From: a virus
Direction: 5' to 3' (one strand)
Virus record (IMG/VR): IMGVR_UViG_3300048817_000084
DNA: 64,000 bases
Every line of letters starts with the position of its first letter. Position 1 is the first letter of the stretch. A model generated the notes under the pieces. The model was not told the DNA's origin. It searched no databases and saw only the letters and a program-made list of their open reading frames with translations. Position numbers and translations under genes: made by a program. Shown here piece by piece: positions 26,715 to 35,053 of this stretch.

Positions 26715-26900
26715 CTAGTAGCGCGGCCCTTTCCTTCGGGAAACCCAATACGTAATCAGTCCGACGATGCCTGCTGAGACGGCGATAAAAAACGCGAGCC
26801 CAAGAGCCCCGGGTAGAGACTCAATCAGCAAATGCCAGACGAAGCGTAAGAAGTTCACCGCACCACTATAGCAAATCCAAGAGTTCAGGAGAAAACACAT
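26715..26900 (-). CDS. small two-TM membrane protein on the opposite strand (61 aa)
   Basis: Fills the only + strand coding gap in the array exactly. Translation MCFLLNSWICYSGAVNFLRFVWHLLIESLPGALGLAFFIAVSAGIVGLITYWVSRRKGPRY. Third-position GC is about 60% by a hand count. Confidence 0.4.
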   Translation of the reverse strand: MCFLLNSWICYSGAVNFLRFVWHLLIESLPGALGLAFFIAVSAGIVGLITYWVSRRKGPRY

Positions 26901-27786
26901 GGTTCGCAAAAAGATAGTTGTTGCCCTTCTGTGCCTGTCGGCAACCGGCTTTGCACAGACAATTACCAAGGCAGGTATAGCCACTCAGTTCAACCAGTGG
27001 CGCGCGCCCGGGACCACCAACCTCATCGCTGGAGCCAATGCCCTGGTGCCGATTGCCTCATGCGCAATCTCGGCAGGAGGGGTGAACACTTATGCCCTTG
27101 CGGCATCGACGCCGATAAAAATCAACGACCCCGGCAATCCGGCGATTGACGAAATTATCACGCCTACCGTGGTTGTGCAGGGGGGTGCATGCACAGCGAC
27201 CTTCACCACCAGCAATGCCCACCCGGCGCCGTGGTACATCACCAGCGGAACGTTCGGACTGCAGGACGCAATTAATGCGGTCGTGGCGACTGGGGTTATG
27301 AATGTGGTGCAGCTTGATGCTGCGTGGTTCAATAGCGGCGGCACGGCGACGACCATCTACGGCGCCGCTGGAAGCCCATACGTATCGATTGTGGCGTCAA
27401 ACCTCACGCCCTACCCAACCTATCGATGGAATGGAACTCACTATATTCCTACCTACTCTCTGCTTGGGAGCATCGGCACGGTTCCGGCAATTGCAGCAGG
27501 TGCGGCGGCCGGCAGTTCCCCAACTGTTCTAACTGCGGCTGGATCTTCCGGCAACATTATCACCGCGGACGTGACCACGGGGACAGCGACGACGACTGGC
27601 ACGCTATTTACGGAGACAGTTGGGACCGCTCCAGCCTCAGGAAACATGGACTGCACCGTCCAGAGCGTCGGCGCCAACGTTCCACCTGCATTCACGGTAT
27701 CAATCACTGGAGGTGTTGCGACTATTGCCGTGGCCGCTGCTCCGGTGGTGTCGACGGCATACATCTTCGCACTGGCGTGCAACTAG
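26899..27786 (+). CDS. exported minimal family member D (295 aa)
   Basis: Signal peptide MVRKKIVVALLCLSATGFA/Q. Divergent shared N-domain (WYITSGTFGLQDAIN, YRWNGTHYIP) joined directly to the shared C-terminal module. Confidence 0.7.
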   Translation: MVRKKIVVALLCLSATGFAQTITKAGIATQFNQWRAPGTTNLIAGANALVPIASCAISAGGVNTYALAASTPIKINDPGNPAIDEIITPTVVVQGGACTATFTTSNAHPAPWYITSGTFGLQDAINAVVATGVMNVVQLDAAWFNSGGTATTIYGAAGSPYVSIVASNLTPYPTYRWNGTHYIPTYSLLGSIGTVPAIAAGAAAGSSPTVLTAAGSSGNIITADVTTGTATTTGTLFTETVGTAPASGNMDCTVQSVGANVPPAFTVSITGGVATIAVAAAPVVSTAYIFALACN

Positions 27787-28221
27787 ATGTGGAGGCTTCC
27801 ATGGATACCCCGATTCCTGTACGAGGACCTGAAGGCGGAAATCTCCGACCTGAAGCGCGAGCGGCAGATTTTATACGACCGTCTAGCAACTCTGGGGCTG
27901 GGTGGTCCGCTCTTCACCTTGCCGAGCTCGCAAGATTCATCACCAATTACGGAACCAGAGGAGGAATCAATTAGCGAAGAGGAGCAGGAGCAAATATATA
28001 TGGCATCCCTGCGACCCTCGAAGCGCGCGCACTATCTCGAATGGAAGATGAATCGCGATCGCAATAGGGTCAATCGGGGCCCAAGTGTGGCACATATCAC
28101 GCCCGAGCCGGTTGCCAAAGTAACCGCTGCACTTGAGCAAGCCGAGCAGGCAGGGAAGAGCTCGGCTGGCGCTGAATTCGTAAAGTCTACCCTCGCCGTA
28201 TTTAGAAAGAAACAGGCTTAG
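27787..28221 (+). CDS. hypothetical acidic protein (144 aa)
   Basis: ATG directly after the upstream TAG. Coiled-coil-like N-terminus and an acidic stretch. Confidence 0.5.
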   Translation: MWRLPWIPRFLYEDLKAEISDLKRERQILYDRLATLGLGGPLFTLPSSQDSSPITEPEEESISEEEQEQIYMASLRPSKRAHYLEWKMNRDRNRVNRGPSVAHITPEPVAKVTAALEQAEQAGKSSAGAEFVKSTLAVFRKKQA

Positions 28222-28222
28222 A

Positions 28223-30856
28223 TTGGCCACAACGCCCACCCTCGACATGCAACAGCAATCGCAGGTGATCCCACCGCAAGAGCAGCCATCCCAGGAGCAC
28301 ACAAGCTCCGCGCCGATGGTTGGCGACGCGCAAGATCCCCAGAATAGCGGTGGCATCACCGAGGATGACCAGCGGGCACTCATTGCGCTCGTAAGAAAAT
28401 ATCGTGACCAGTGGTCCGCGAACCGCGTGTTCCTGCGTCAGCGCTGCGTTCGTAACCTGGAGTTCTTCAAGGGCAATCAATACATATCTTTCGAGCCAGG
28501 AAGCACGCAGTTCGTGGGCGGAGGCGATTGGTTCGGTTCTGGCATCGGGAACGGCACGCATGAGCAGAACGCGGACGACACCGATATTTATAAAAAGTGC
28601 AAGAACTTCTTTCAAATGTTGTGCGTTGGGTTCATTGCTGCGCTTTGTCCGCAGGTGCCCAAGTCAAAGTGGATGCCGGTGAACGCGGAGGAGCTTGCTG
28701 ACGTAGCCACAGCCAAAGCCGCACAAATCCTCATCGACATAGTTGAGCGCGACAACAAAGAGGCGTCGCTACTCAAAGGGCAGTTGCTCTATATGTGGAA
28801 CTGCGGTGCTGCCTTCCGCCATACACGCTATATCGTGAGCGCAGAGCGGGTTGGAACCAAGAAAGAGCCAATCTACAACTCGACTGAGACCGAGATCATG
28901 CCCGCGCGCATGCACTGTTACAGCTGCGGCGCAGACAACCCGGCCGGGACGCAACAGTGCGCTAACTGCGGAAAGCGCATGCTTGATGACAGCTTTTATC
29001 CCCCCGTGACCGGGCCGGTTACGCAACAGGTCGGGACTGAAGAGGTTCCGCAGGGCGCAGTCGTTCAGAATTTGTATAGCCCGCTCGAAATAGATGCTGA
29101 CCCTGGCGCTAGCAGCTTGCTCGACACGCCAATCCTCAACCTGGAGGTCGAGATTCATATTGCGGCACTACGCGCGGCCTATCCGACCATGTACAAGGAG
29201 ATCCAGGCGTCCGCGTCCAGCGTGCTCTCTTCCAACGGCTCCATCGATCGGCTTGCAAGGCAGCAAATCTATTCACAAACCAGCGGCCAGATGGACATTC
29301 TCTCCAACATGAAGCCTACGCTTTCGCGGACATGGATTCAGCCGTGGGCATTCGATCTTGAGGATGATCAGGAATTCGGCGTGCGGATGAGAGCAGCCTT
29401 CCCTAGTGGTTGCCTGCTGATCAACACTGGGGAAACGTTCCTTACTGCCAAAGAGGCTGACCTCAACAAAGAGTGGACCTGGGCTGGTACGCACGAGAAC
29501 TTCAAAATGTTCCCTCCCGCGCCTGGGGACGTAGTTGTCCCATTTCAGGAGGACTACAACGACCTGTCCAATATCTTGCAGGAGGGTATCGACCGCTGCG
29601 TTTCCGGGATCATCCTGGGCAACGATGACTTGATTGGCGGAAATGCGATGCAGGGCAAGCGGCTGCTTCCGGGAATCATCAACGGAGTCAAGCTGAAACG
29701 GACCGGTGCGCCGGGTTCCATGAAGCTGGAAGACGCTCTATGGCAGTTTGAAATTGAACTCAAGATTCAAGAGGCGATGGCCTACTGCAAAGAGCAGATG
29801 ATGGACGCCCAGATGTATGCCATGGTGCCTCCCCAGGTATACGGCGGTCAGGGCGACCCCTCGATTGAGACAGCGGCCGGCCAAAAGCAGCAACTGGGTA
29901 CAGCCATGGGAGTGCTCAACATCTACTGGGAGAATCTGAAAGATGAGCACGCGGCGGCAGATGAACGTGCTGTAGCATGTGCGGCCGACAATCTCACCGA
30001 TGACCTCCAGGACGTAATCGAAGAAAAGGACGGCTACCAGAATCAGTATGTGCGCCTGGATGATCTGCAGGGCAGCGTTCATGCCTATGCGGACACAGAT
30101 CAAGGCTTGCCTGTATCGGCTTCTGAGCTACGCCAGCGCTGGATGGACCTGATTACCGCGGCAGAAAACAACCCAGTGGCTGCAGCGATCTTTGACGACC
30201 CTGCAAACCAAGAACAGGCAGCGGACGCGATGGGTGTATCGGGCATGGTGGTACCCGGTGCGGCGATGCGGACCAAGGTGCTGATGGTCATTAAGAAACT
30301 GCTGCAGGCCGAACCTATGCCGGTCATTGATCCGCAGACTGGTCAACCTGCAGTCGATCCACAGTCTGGCCAGCCGAAGCTGCAGCCATCGATCATGCCG
30401 ACCAAGGGTATCGATGACAACCCAGACGCGGTAAAGGTTGGGAAGCAGACCATCTGGCAGTATTGCCAGGATAAGCCGCAGATTGCCGATGACAAGCCGC
30501 AGGGATTCCAGAACATCTTGCTCTACCTGTTCGCTTTGATAGCCATGGGGGCTGCATACGATGTGCAGGATGCTCAGGCAGCAGGAGCGGCTGAAGGAAC
30601 AAAACAGGGAGCAGCGATGCAAGCCGCGGCCCCGCCGCCGAAACCGCCGCCGCAGTTGTCGCCACAAGAGCAGAACATGCTCTCTCTGGTTCGCCAGGAC
30701 GGTGCCGAAGCCATGGCAGCCCAACTCAAGATCGCTGAGACAGGCAAGCTCGGTCAGGGAGAAAGCCTGCAAGCCCAGACAGCTGCGGCTAATTCACTGA
30801 TACAGCTTGCGGCCAAGGTCGAACAGATCGCCGCAGATAAGACTTCTATTCAATAA
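28223..30856 (+). CDS. portal-like protein with inserted zinc ribbon (877 aa)
   Basis: Called from its size and its position directly before the scaffold-like and capsid-like genes. The call is positional, not motif-verified. Contains CYSCGADNPAGTQQCANCG. Confidence 0.55.
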   Translation: MATTPTLDMQQQSQVIPPQEQPSQEHTSSAPMVGDAQDPQNSGGITEDDQRALIALVRKYRDQWSANRVFLRQRCVRNLEFFKGNQYISFEPGSTQFVGGGDWFGSGIGNGTHEQNADDTDIYKKCKNFFQMLCVGFIAALCPQVPKSKWMPVNAEELADVATAKAAQILIDIVERDNKEASLLKGQLLYMWNCGAAFRHTRYIVSAERVGTKKEPIYNSTETEIMPARMHCYSCGADNPAGTQQCANCGKRMLDDSFYPPVTGPVTQQVGTEEVPQGAVVQNLYSPLEIDADPGASSLLDTPILNLEVEIHIAALRAAYPTMYKEIQASASSVLSSNGSIDRLARQQIYSQTSGQMDILSNMKPTLSRTWIQPWAFDLEDDQEFGVRMRAAFPSGCLLINTGETFLTAKEADLNKEWTWAGTHENFKMFPPAPGDVVVPFQEDYNDLSNILQEGIDRCVSGIILGNDDLIGGNAMQGKRLLPGIINGVKLKRTGAPGSMKLEDALWQFEIELKIQEAMAYCKEQMMDAQMYAMVPPQVYGGQGDPSIETAAGQKQQLGTAMGVLNIYWENLKDEHAAADERAVACAADNLTDDLQDVIEEKDGYQNQYVRLDDLQGSVHAYADTDQGLPVSASELRQRWMDLITAAENNPVAAAIFDDPANQEQAADAMGVSGMVVPGAAMRTKVLMVIKKLLQAEPMPVIDPQTGQPAVDPQSGQPKLQPSIMPTKGIDDNPDAVKVGKQTIWQYCQDKPQIADDKPQGFQNILLYLFALIAMGAAYDVQDAQAAGAAEGTKQGAAMQAAAPPPKPPPQLSPQEQNMLSLVRQDGAEAMAAQLKIAETGKLGQGESLQAQTAAANSLIQLAAKVEQIAADKTSIQ

Positions 30857-30865
30857 GAGGACCAC

Positions 30866-32461
30866 ATGCCAGCAGAAACAGTAGCAGCACCCGCCCCAGC
30901 GGTGGCAAGCACTTCCGCGCCCGCAGCTAGCCCAGCACCTGCCGCAGCACCGTCTAGCGCCCCTGCAGCCTCTCCAGCCCCAGCAGCAGCGCCTGCTGCA
31001 GCACAGCCAACCTTCGGCCGCAACTCTGGCGTAACCAGCCATGTTGATCCAGGCCAGTTCCGCAACACGAACGAATACACACAGGCCGTGCTGGCTGAGC
31101 AGCTGGCGGCTGGAGCTGCGGTTCAAGATGCGCCTGCCCCGGTTGAGGAAGCGGTTGCAGTGGCTGAGCCGGTTGTATCAGATACCCCGGTCGAAGTCCC
31201 TGCACCCGACGCCGTTGCGGAAGAAAAGCCGGCAGAGACCGCAGAGCCGGACTTTGATCTTGAGCCTGAGACCATCGTCACCCCGGAAGCCCTGCAGCAG
31301 ATGATTACGGAGAACGCAGACTTCGCCAAACTGCTGCAGGACGACCCCAAGCTAAATGGGCGCCTGCACAAGACGGCGCGCGAAGCCGCGGAACTCAAGC
31401 CATACCGGGAAATCTTCCCTGACCTCGAATCGGCGAAATCTGCGGTAGGAGCTGCAGCAGAATGGAACGATGTGCGCGAAACCTTCATGGGCTCGACCAC
31501 CAGAGAAGGAACGCTCAAGACTCTGGCGCGCTTGACTGAGTTGTCTTACGAGCGCGACGATACCGGCAACGTTCTCTATAAGGACGACCAGCCGGTCATC
31601 GGGGAGGATCTGCACGGCTTCCTCGATAATGTTTGGGCGATTGAGATGGAGGACCGAAAATCTGACATCCAGAAGCGTCTCGATGCAAATCAATACCACG
31701 TTGGGGTAAAGACCGACGAGGAAAGGGACGCCGCTATCCGGCTGGATCAGGGACGGCTAGCCCTGATTGACGATCTTCTGGGGCAAGTGGTCGAAGCACC
31801 TGAAACGCAGGACATGACACCTGCACAGCAGCGTCGACAGCAGGAGCAGGACGCCCGCGATAAAGAGTGGCAGCAAAAACAGCAGGGCGAAAAGGTTGGC
31901 GAGCGGCAGAAGTTCGAAACCACCATGCAGACCGCAGCCCAGGACCGGCTGAATGGCGAAATCGCCAAGATCATGGCCAGCGTCGAGAAGCAGGGCGGCG
32001 TCGTCAGCCCCTATCTGAAGAACATCTTGCCTAAAGCCATCGCCTCGAAGGTGATTGGGAAGATTCTTGCCAACCCGACATTACAGGCTCAGATGCATAA
32101 CCTCCAACGGCTTCCTATGGGCGATGACGCACGCACCCGCAGAGTGGCTGCCATTGATCGCGCTTACCAGACGTATCTGGGAGGCGTTGCCCGCGAAGAG
32201 TTGAGGGAAGCGGGAGTGCAGATCGCCAACGCCTCCGCAGCTAAGCGCGCCAAGATCGACGGGCAGATTGACAACACCCGCAAGACCGAGCCCACCAGAG
32301 GTTCAACGGGAGCGGTGACTGCTGGGAGAACACCCATGACCGCCGATGCTGCCTACGAAACTGCCAAAGGGGAGTGGATCAAAGCTAACCCCGGCAGACG
32401 TTTCGACAAGAGCGCAGAAGGCAATATCTTGCAGCGTGTCGTCAATTTGCAGTTGCAGTAA
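30866..32461 (+). CDS. scaffold-like protein (531 aa)
   Basis: AGAGGA RBS. Ala/Pro-rich low-complexity N-terminus, then an acidic helical body. Lies between the portal-like and capsid-like genes. Confidence 0.45.
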   Translation: MPAETVAAPAPAVASTSAPAASPAPAAAPSSAPAASPAPAAAPAAAQPTFGRNSGVTSHVDPGQFRNTNEYTQAVLAEQLAAGAAVQDAPAPVEEAVAVAEPVVSDTPVEVPAPDAVAEEKPAETAEPDFDLEPETIVTPEALQQMITENADFAKLLQDDPKLNGRLHKTAREAAELKPYREIFPDLESAKSAVGAAAEWNDVRETFMGSTTREGTLKTLARLTELSYERDDTGNVLYKDDQPVIGEDLHGFLDNVWAIEMEDRKSDIQKRLDANQYHVGVKTDEERDAAIRLDQGRLALIDDLLGQVVEAPETQDMTPAQQRRQQEQDARDKEWQQKQQGEKVGERQKFETTMQTAAQDRLNGEIAKIMASVEKQGGVVSPYLKNILPKAIASKVIGKILANPTLQAQMHNLQRLPMGDDARTRRVAAIDRAYQTYLGGVAREELREAGVQIANASAAKRAKIDGQIDNTRKTEPTRGSTGAVTAGRTPMTADAAYETAKGEWIKANPGRRFDKSAEGNILQRVVNLQLQ

Positions 32462-32786
32462 GAAGGTTGCAGCGGGCCCAAATCTTCTGAGCTACGGGCC
32501 CCCGCGTGGCGGACCCGGTGGTTCTGCTAGTCCCACGACCTCCCAGCGCGATTATCTGGGCGCTCTTAAAGCAGATAGGCAGCCTGCCAGCCCGGCACGA
32601 CCGCTGCAAGACAAGTTTATCAGTTCCGCGCTAATTCGACTCGCTCAGAAGAGGTAACGCCGCCACCTCCCGGCGATAGAGCACCTGAGTCAAGTAAGCG
32701 CCTTCGCAGAAACATGCCGTCCCGGCTAAGTGCCTGGATGCGACCCAACATCTAACCCGCGCCCCATGTGGCGCTGAGGACCCATT

Positions 32787-34064
32787 ATGGCCGCAGTCAC
32801 TGGACAGGCAGCAACCACACAGCAGCTGCAGCTTGAGGCTCTGAATAAGACCATCAAGCTGCTTTTAGAAAAAGACGATACGCTCGACAACCGCATTTCC
32901 GAGCGTGGCGACATCACCCCGGTTTCCCTGCGCAGCTTCCGCGTGCGCTTTCAGACCGGATTCCCTGGCAACGTCGCGCTACTGAATCTCGATGGCGGCA
33001 TCCTTCCCTCGGGCGGATTCAGCACCTGGGATCAAGGCACGATCACCCCGCTGGCTACCGTTATTCCAGTGGAATATTCCAAGCTGACCGACATCATCGG
33101 TGAAGGTGGCCCAAAGGTTGTTTCCGAAAACCCGGTGACCAAAACCTTAGCCGATGTTGCAGTTCAGATGAGAAAGAACCGCGATCAATTCCTGCAGCAA
33201 GCCGGTGATGGAAAAATCGGTCAGGTGGACGCCACCTATGCTGGCGGCGGTGCAAATCCAATCATCCTAACCTCCACGCCTTGGGGGGCTCGGTTGATTT
33301 CGCAGAACCAGCAAGTGCAGGTCATGACCAATGCTTATGTTCTGCGAGGCATCTGCTATGTGACCAACTGCAACAACAAGCTCGGCTCAACTCAGTCGAT
33401 CACGGTGGATGTGGTACCTTCGGGCACGGTAGCTGGTGACTTCATCATGGTCGCCGCGGTTGCTGCCACCACCCCGGTATTCATCTACGGACTTCCTTAT
33501 TTCCACAACACCGCCACCACGGGCACGTTCCTGGGCATTAACCGTACGCAGAATTACGTAGTTGCGAACGGTGTAGCTGCAGGGGGTGCTCCCATATCGC
33601 TACCGATGTTGCGTGCCGCAATGAATCGCGTCAAGCAGTCACTCGGATCTGGTGCAGTCAAAACGCAGGTATGGCATACCCACATGGCGCAAGTACAGGC
33701 CTATGAAGAGATGGGCTTTGCCAAGCAGTTCATCCCGCTGCAGGGTGGGAAGGCGGGCTCACTCGACATGCTCTTCGATGGTAAGTACACGATTGCCGGC
33801 AGAGAGGTAATCGAAAACGTTCACGCAGACACAACCCGCTGGGATTTCATGGAATTCGATTCCTGGGGCAAGGTCACTTGGGGCAGCGCACCGTTCTGGT
33901 TCAAGAACCGGTCAGGACAGTGGGTATTCCAGCTCTATGACCCGTCTTCCGGCAACCCCACCACCAATGAGGCATGCTGGTACGTCGACTGCCGTCAATA
34001 TTACGTGGATAATCCATTAGCAATCAGCTCTGTTACCGGGTTGAAACTTCCCACCTACAACTAA
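32787..34064 (+). CDS. major capsid-like protein (425 aa)
   Basis: GAGGA RBS. Preceded by a 326-nt spacer and followed by a hairpin plus T-run. Position matches T7 gene 10. Not motif-verified. Confidence 0.55.
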   Translation: MAAVTGQAATTQQLQLEALNKTIKLLLEKDDTLDNRISERGDITPVSLRSFRVRFQTGFPGNVALLNLDGGILPSGGFSTWDQGTITPLATVIPVEYSKLTDIIGEGGPKVVSENPVTKTLADVAVQMRKNRDQFLQQAGDGKIGQVDATYAGGGANPIILTSTPWGARLISQNQQVQVMTNAYVLRGICYVTNCNNKLGSTQSITVDVVPSGTVAGDFIMVAAVAATTPVFIYGLPYFHNTATTGTFLGINRTQNYVVANGVAAGGAPISLPMLRAAMNRVKQSLGSGAVKTQVWHTHMAQVQAYEEMGFAKQFIPLQGGKAGSLDMLFDGKYTIAGREVIENVHADTTRWDFMEFDSWGKVTWGSAPFWFKNRSGQWVFQLYDPSSGNPTTNEACWYVDCRQYYVDNPLAISSVTGLKLPTYN

Positions 34065-34078
34065 CTACTAACCACGCA

Positions 34079-34111
34079 GGGGCTGGGAGCGATCCTGGCC
34101 CCCTCGTTTTT
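34079..34111 (+). terminator. candidate intrinsic terminator after the capsid-like gene
   Basis: GGGGC(tg)GGA-gcga-TCC(tg)GCCCC hairpin followed by CTCGTTTTT. Confidence 0.45.
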
Positions 34112-34121
34112 GGAGCAAAGA

Positions 34122-34826
34122 ATGCACGTAGTACCGCGTGAAACTCAGCGATTCCTGAAGAGATACGGCGGGGTCAATCCCTATAACCAGCCAAAATGGC
34201 GGCTTATCGTATCCGAGGAGTGTCTTGTCAAGGAAGCTGGCGTCTGGACAGACTGGGCCGAAGGCCTTTCTACCAAGGAGAAGGGCGGACTGAATTTCGC
34301 CCCGATTGAGGGCCAGCCGGGCGTAGTTTACGAGCGCTTCCGAAACAAGCCTATTCGCGTGGTTACAGAGGTGCGCGAGACGCAAAAGTATCCCCAGGCG
34401 GAAGGCTGGATTCTTGAGTGCTGGCGTCCTGCTTCTAGTTATGGCACGCCAGAAGACTGGTACTCCTACGTGGCATCCGACGGGATTACTCCCATGCTTG
34501 GGCCATACCCTGAATGCGGTGATTATGAGATGCAATTTGGGCCGTGGGAAAAGCTACCGACCACAGACATACTGCAGACTCTAATTTCCCGGCATTCGAG
34601 CAGCATAGCCAACCGCACAGGCACCCCATTTTCCCGTGCAGTCGAGTATCTCCAGCGTGCTGAATACGCAGCACAACGGAAAGAGGAAAAGCTCAAAGAA
34701 GAGTATGCGGCCCAGTTTCGCGATGTGCTTAGCCCCATGAAAAGCACCAGCTTGGAAGCTTCGCGGTGGCGGCAGGAATTAGCCGCGCGCACTGGAAACG
34801 AAAATCAACATATCGGTGTTCTATGA
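34122..34826 (+). CDS. hypothetical virion-module protein (234 aa)
   Basis: ATG at 34122 preceded by GGAG. The track's TTG at 34110 lies inside the terminator T-run. Confidence 0.55.
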   Translation: MHVVPRETQRFLKRYGGVNPYNQPKWRLIVSEECLVKEAGVWTDWAEGLSTKEKGGLNFAPIEGQPGVVYERFRNKPIRVVTEVRETQKYPQAEGWILECWRPASSYGTPEDWYSYVASDGITPMLGPYPECGDYEMQFGPWEKLPTTDILQTLISRHSSSIANRTGTPFSRAVEYLQRAEYAAQRKEEKLKEEYAAQFRDVLSPMKSTSLEASRWRQELAARTGNENQHIGVL

Positions 34827-35053
34827 CGACCGGCCCTAGCCAATGGATCGCAGAGATGAAACGCAAACGCGAAGTGCTCAAACTTCGCAGGGAGGCGCTT
34901 GCTCTGGCGAGGACGATTATCGAACAAGACCCTAGGACTGAGGGAATGAGCGCATACGAGATTGAGTGCGCCGCGTGCGATCTATGCGATAGGCAGGTTA
35001 ACGAACTCAAGTTCCAGCAGGAAAACGACAAAGGAGAAACATCATGGCAGTAA
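34823..35053 (+). CDS. hypothetical protein (76 aa)
   Basis: ATGA overlap at 34823. Helical and charged. Confidence 0.45.
   Translation: MTTGPSQWIAEMKRKREVLKLRREALALARTIIEQDPRTEGMSAYEIECAACDLCDRQVNELKFQQENDKGETSWQ

Noticed and set aside
2399-27786. A diversity-generating retroelement acting on the variable fibre-like genes.
   Set aside because: No reverse-transcriptase-like ORF occurs anywhere in the window. I also found no template/variable repeat pair with adenine-specific differences near the C-termini.
30128-30772. 214-aa minus-strand ORF inside the portal-like gene.
   Set aside because: It has an antisense, Arg/Leu/Cys-rich composition and no RBS, and it interrupts a uniformly + strand module.
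32346-32657. 103-aa + ORF reaching into the scaffold-capsid spacer.
   Set aside because: It starts inside the scaffold-like gene in another frame. Its sequence is Pro/Gly/Ser/Arg-rich and it has no RBS. I treated the spacer as non-coding and regulatory instead.
34040-34125. A T7-like -1 frameshift extension of the capsid gene (10A/10B style).
   Set aside because: The -1 frame after the capsid stop closes within a few codons, and no slippery heptamer precedes the stop.
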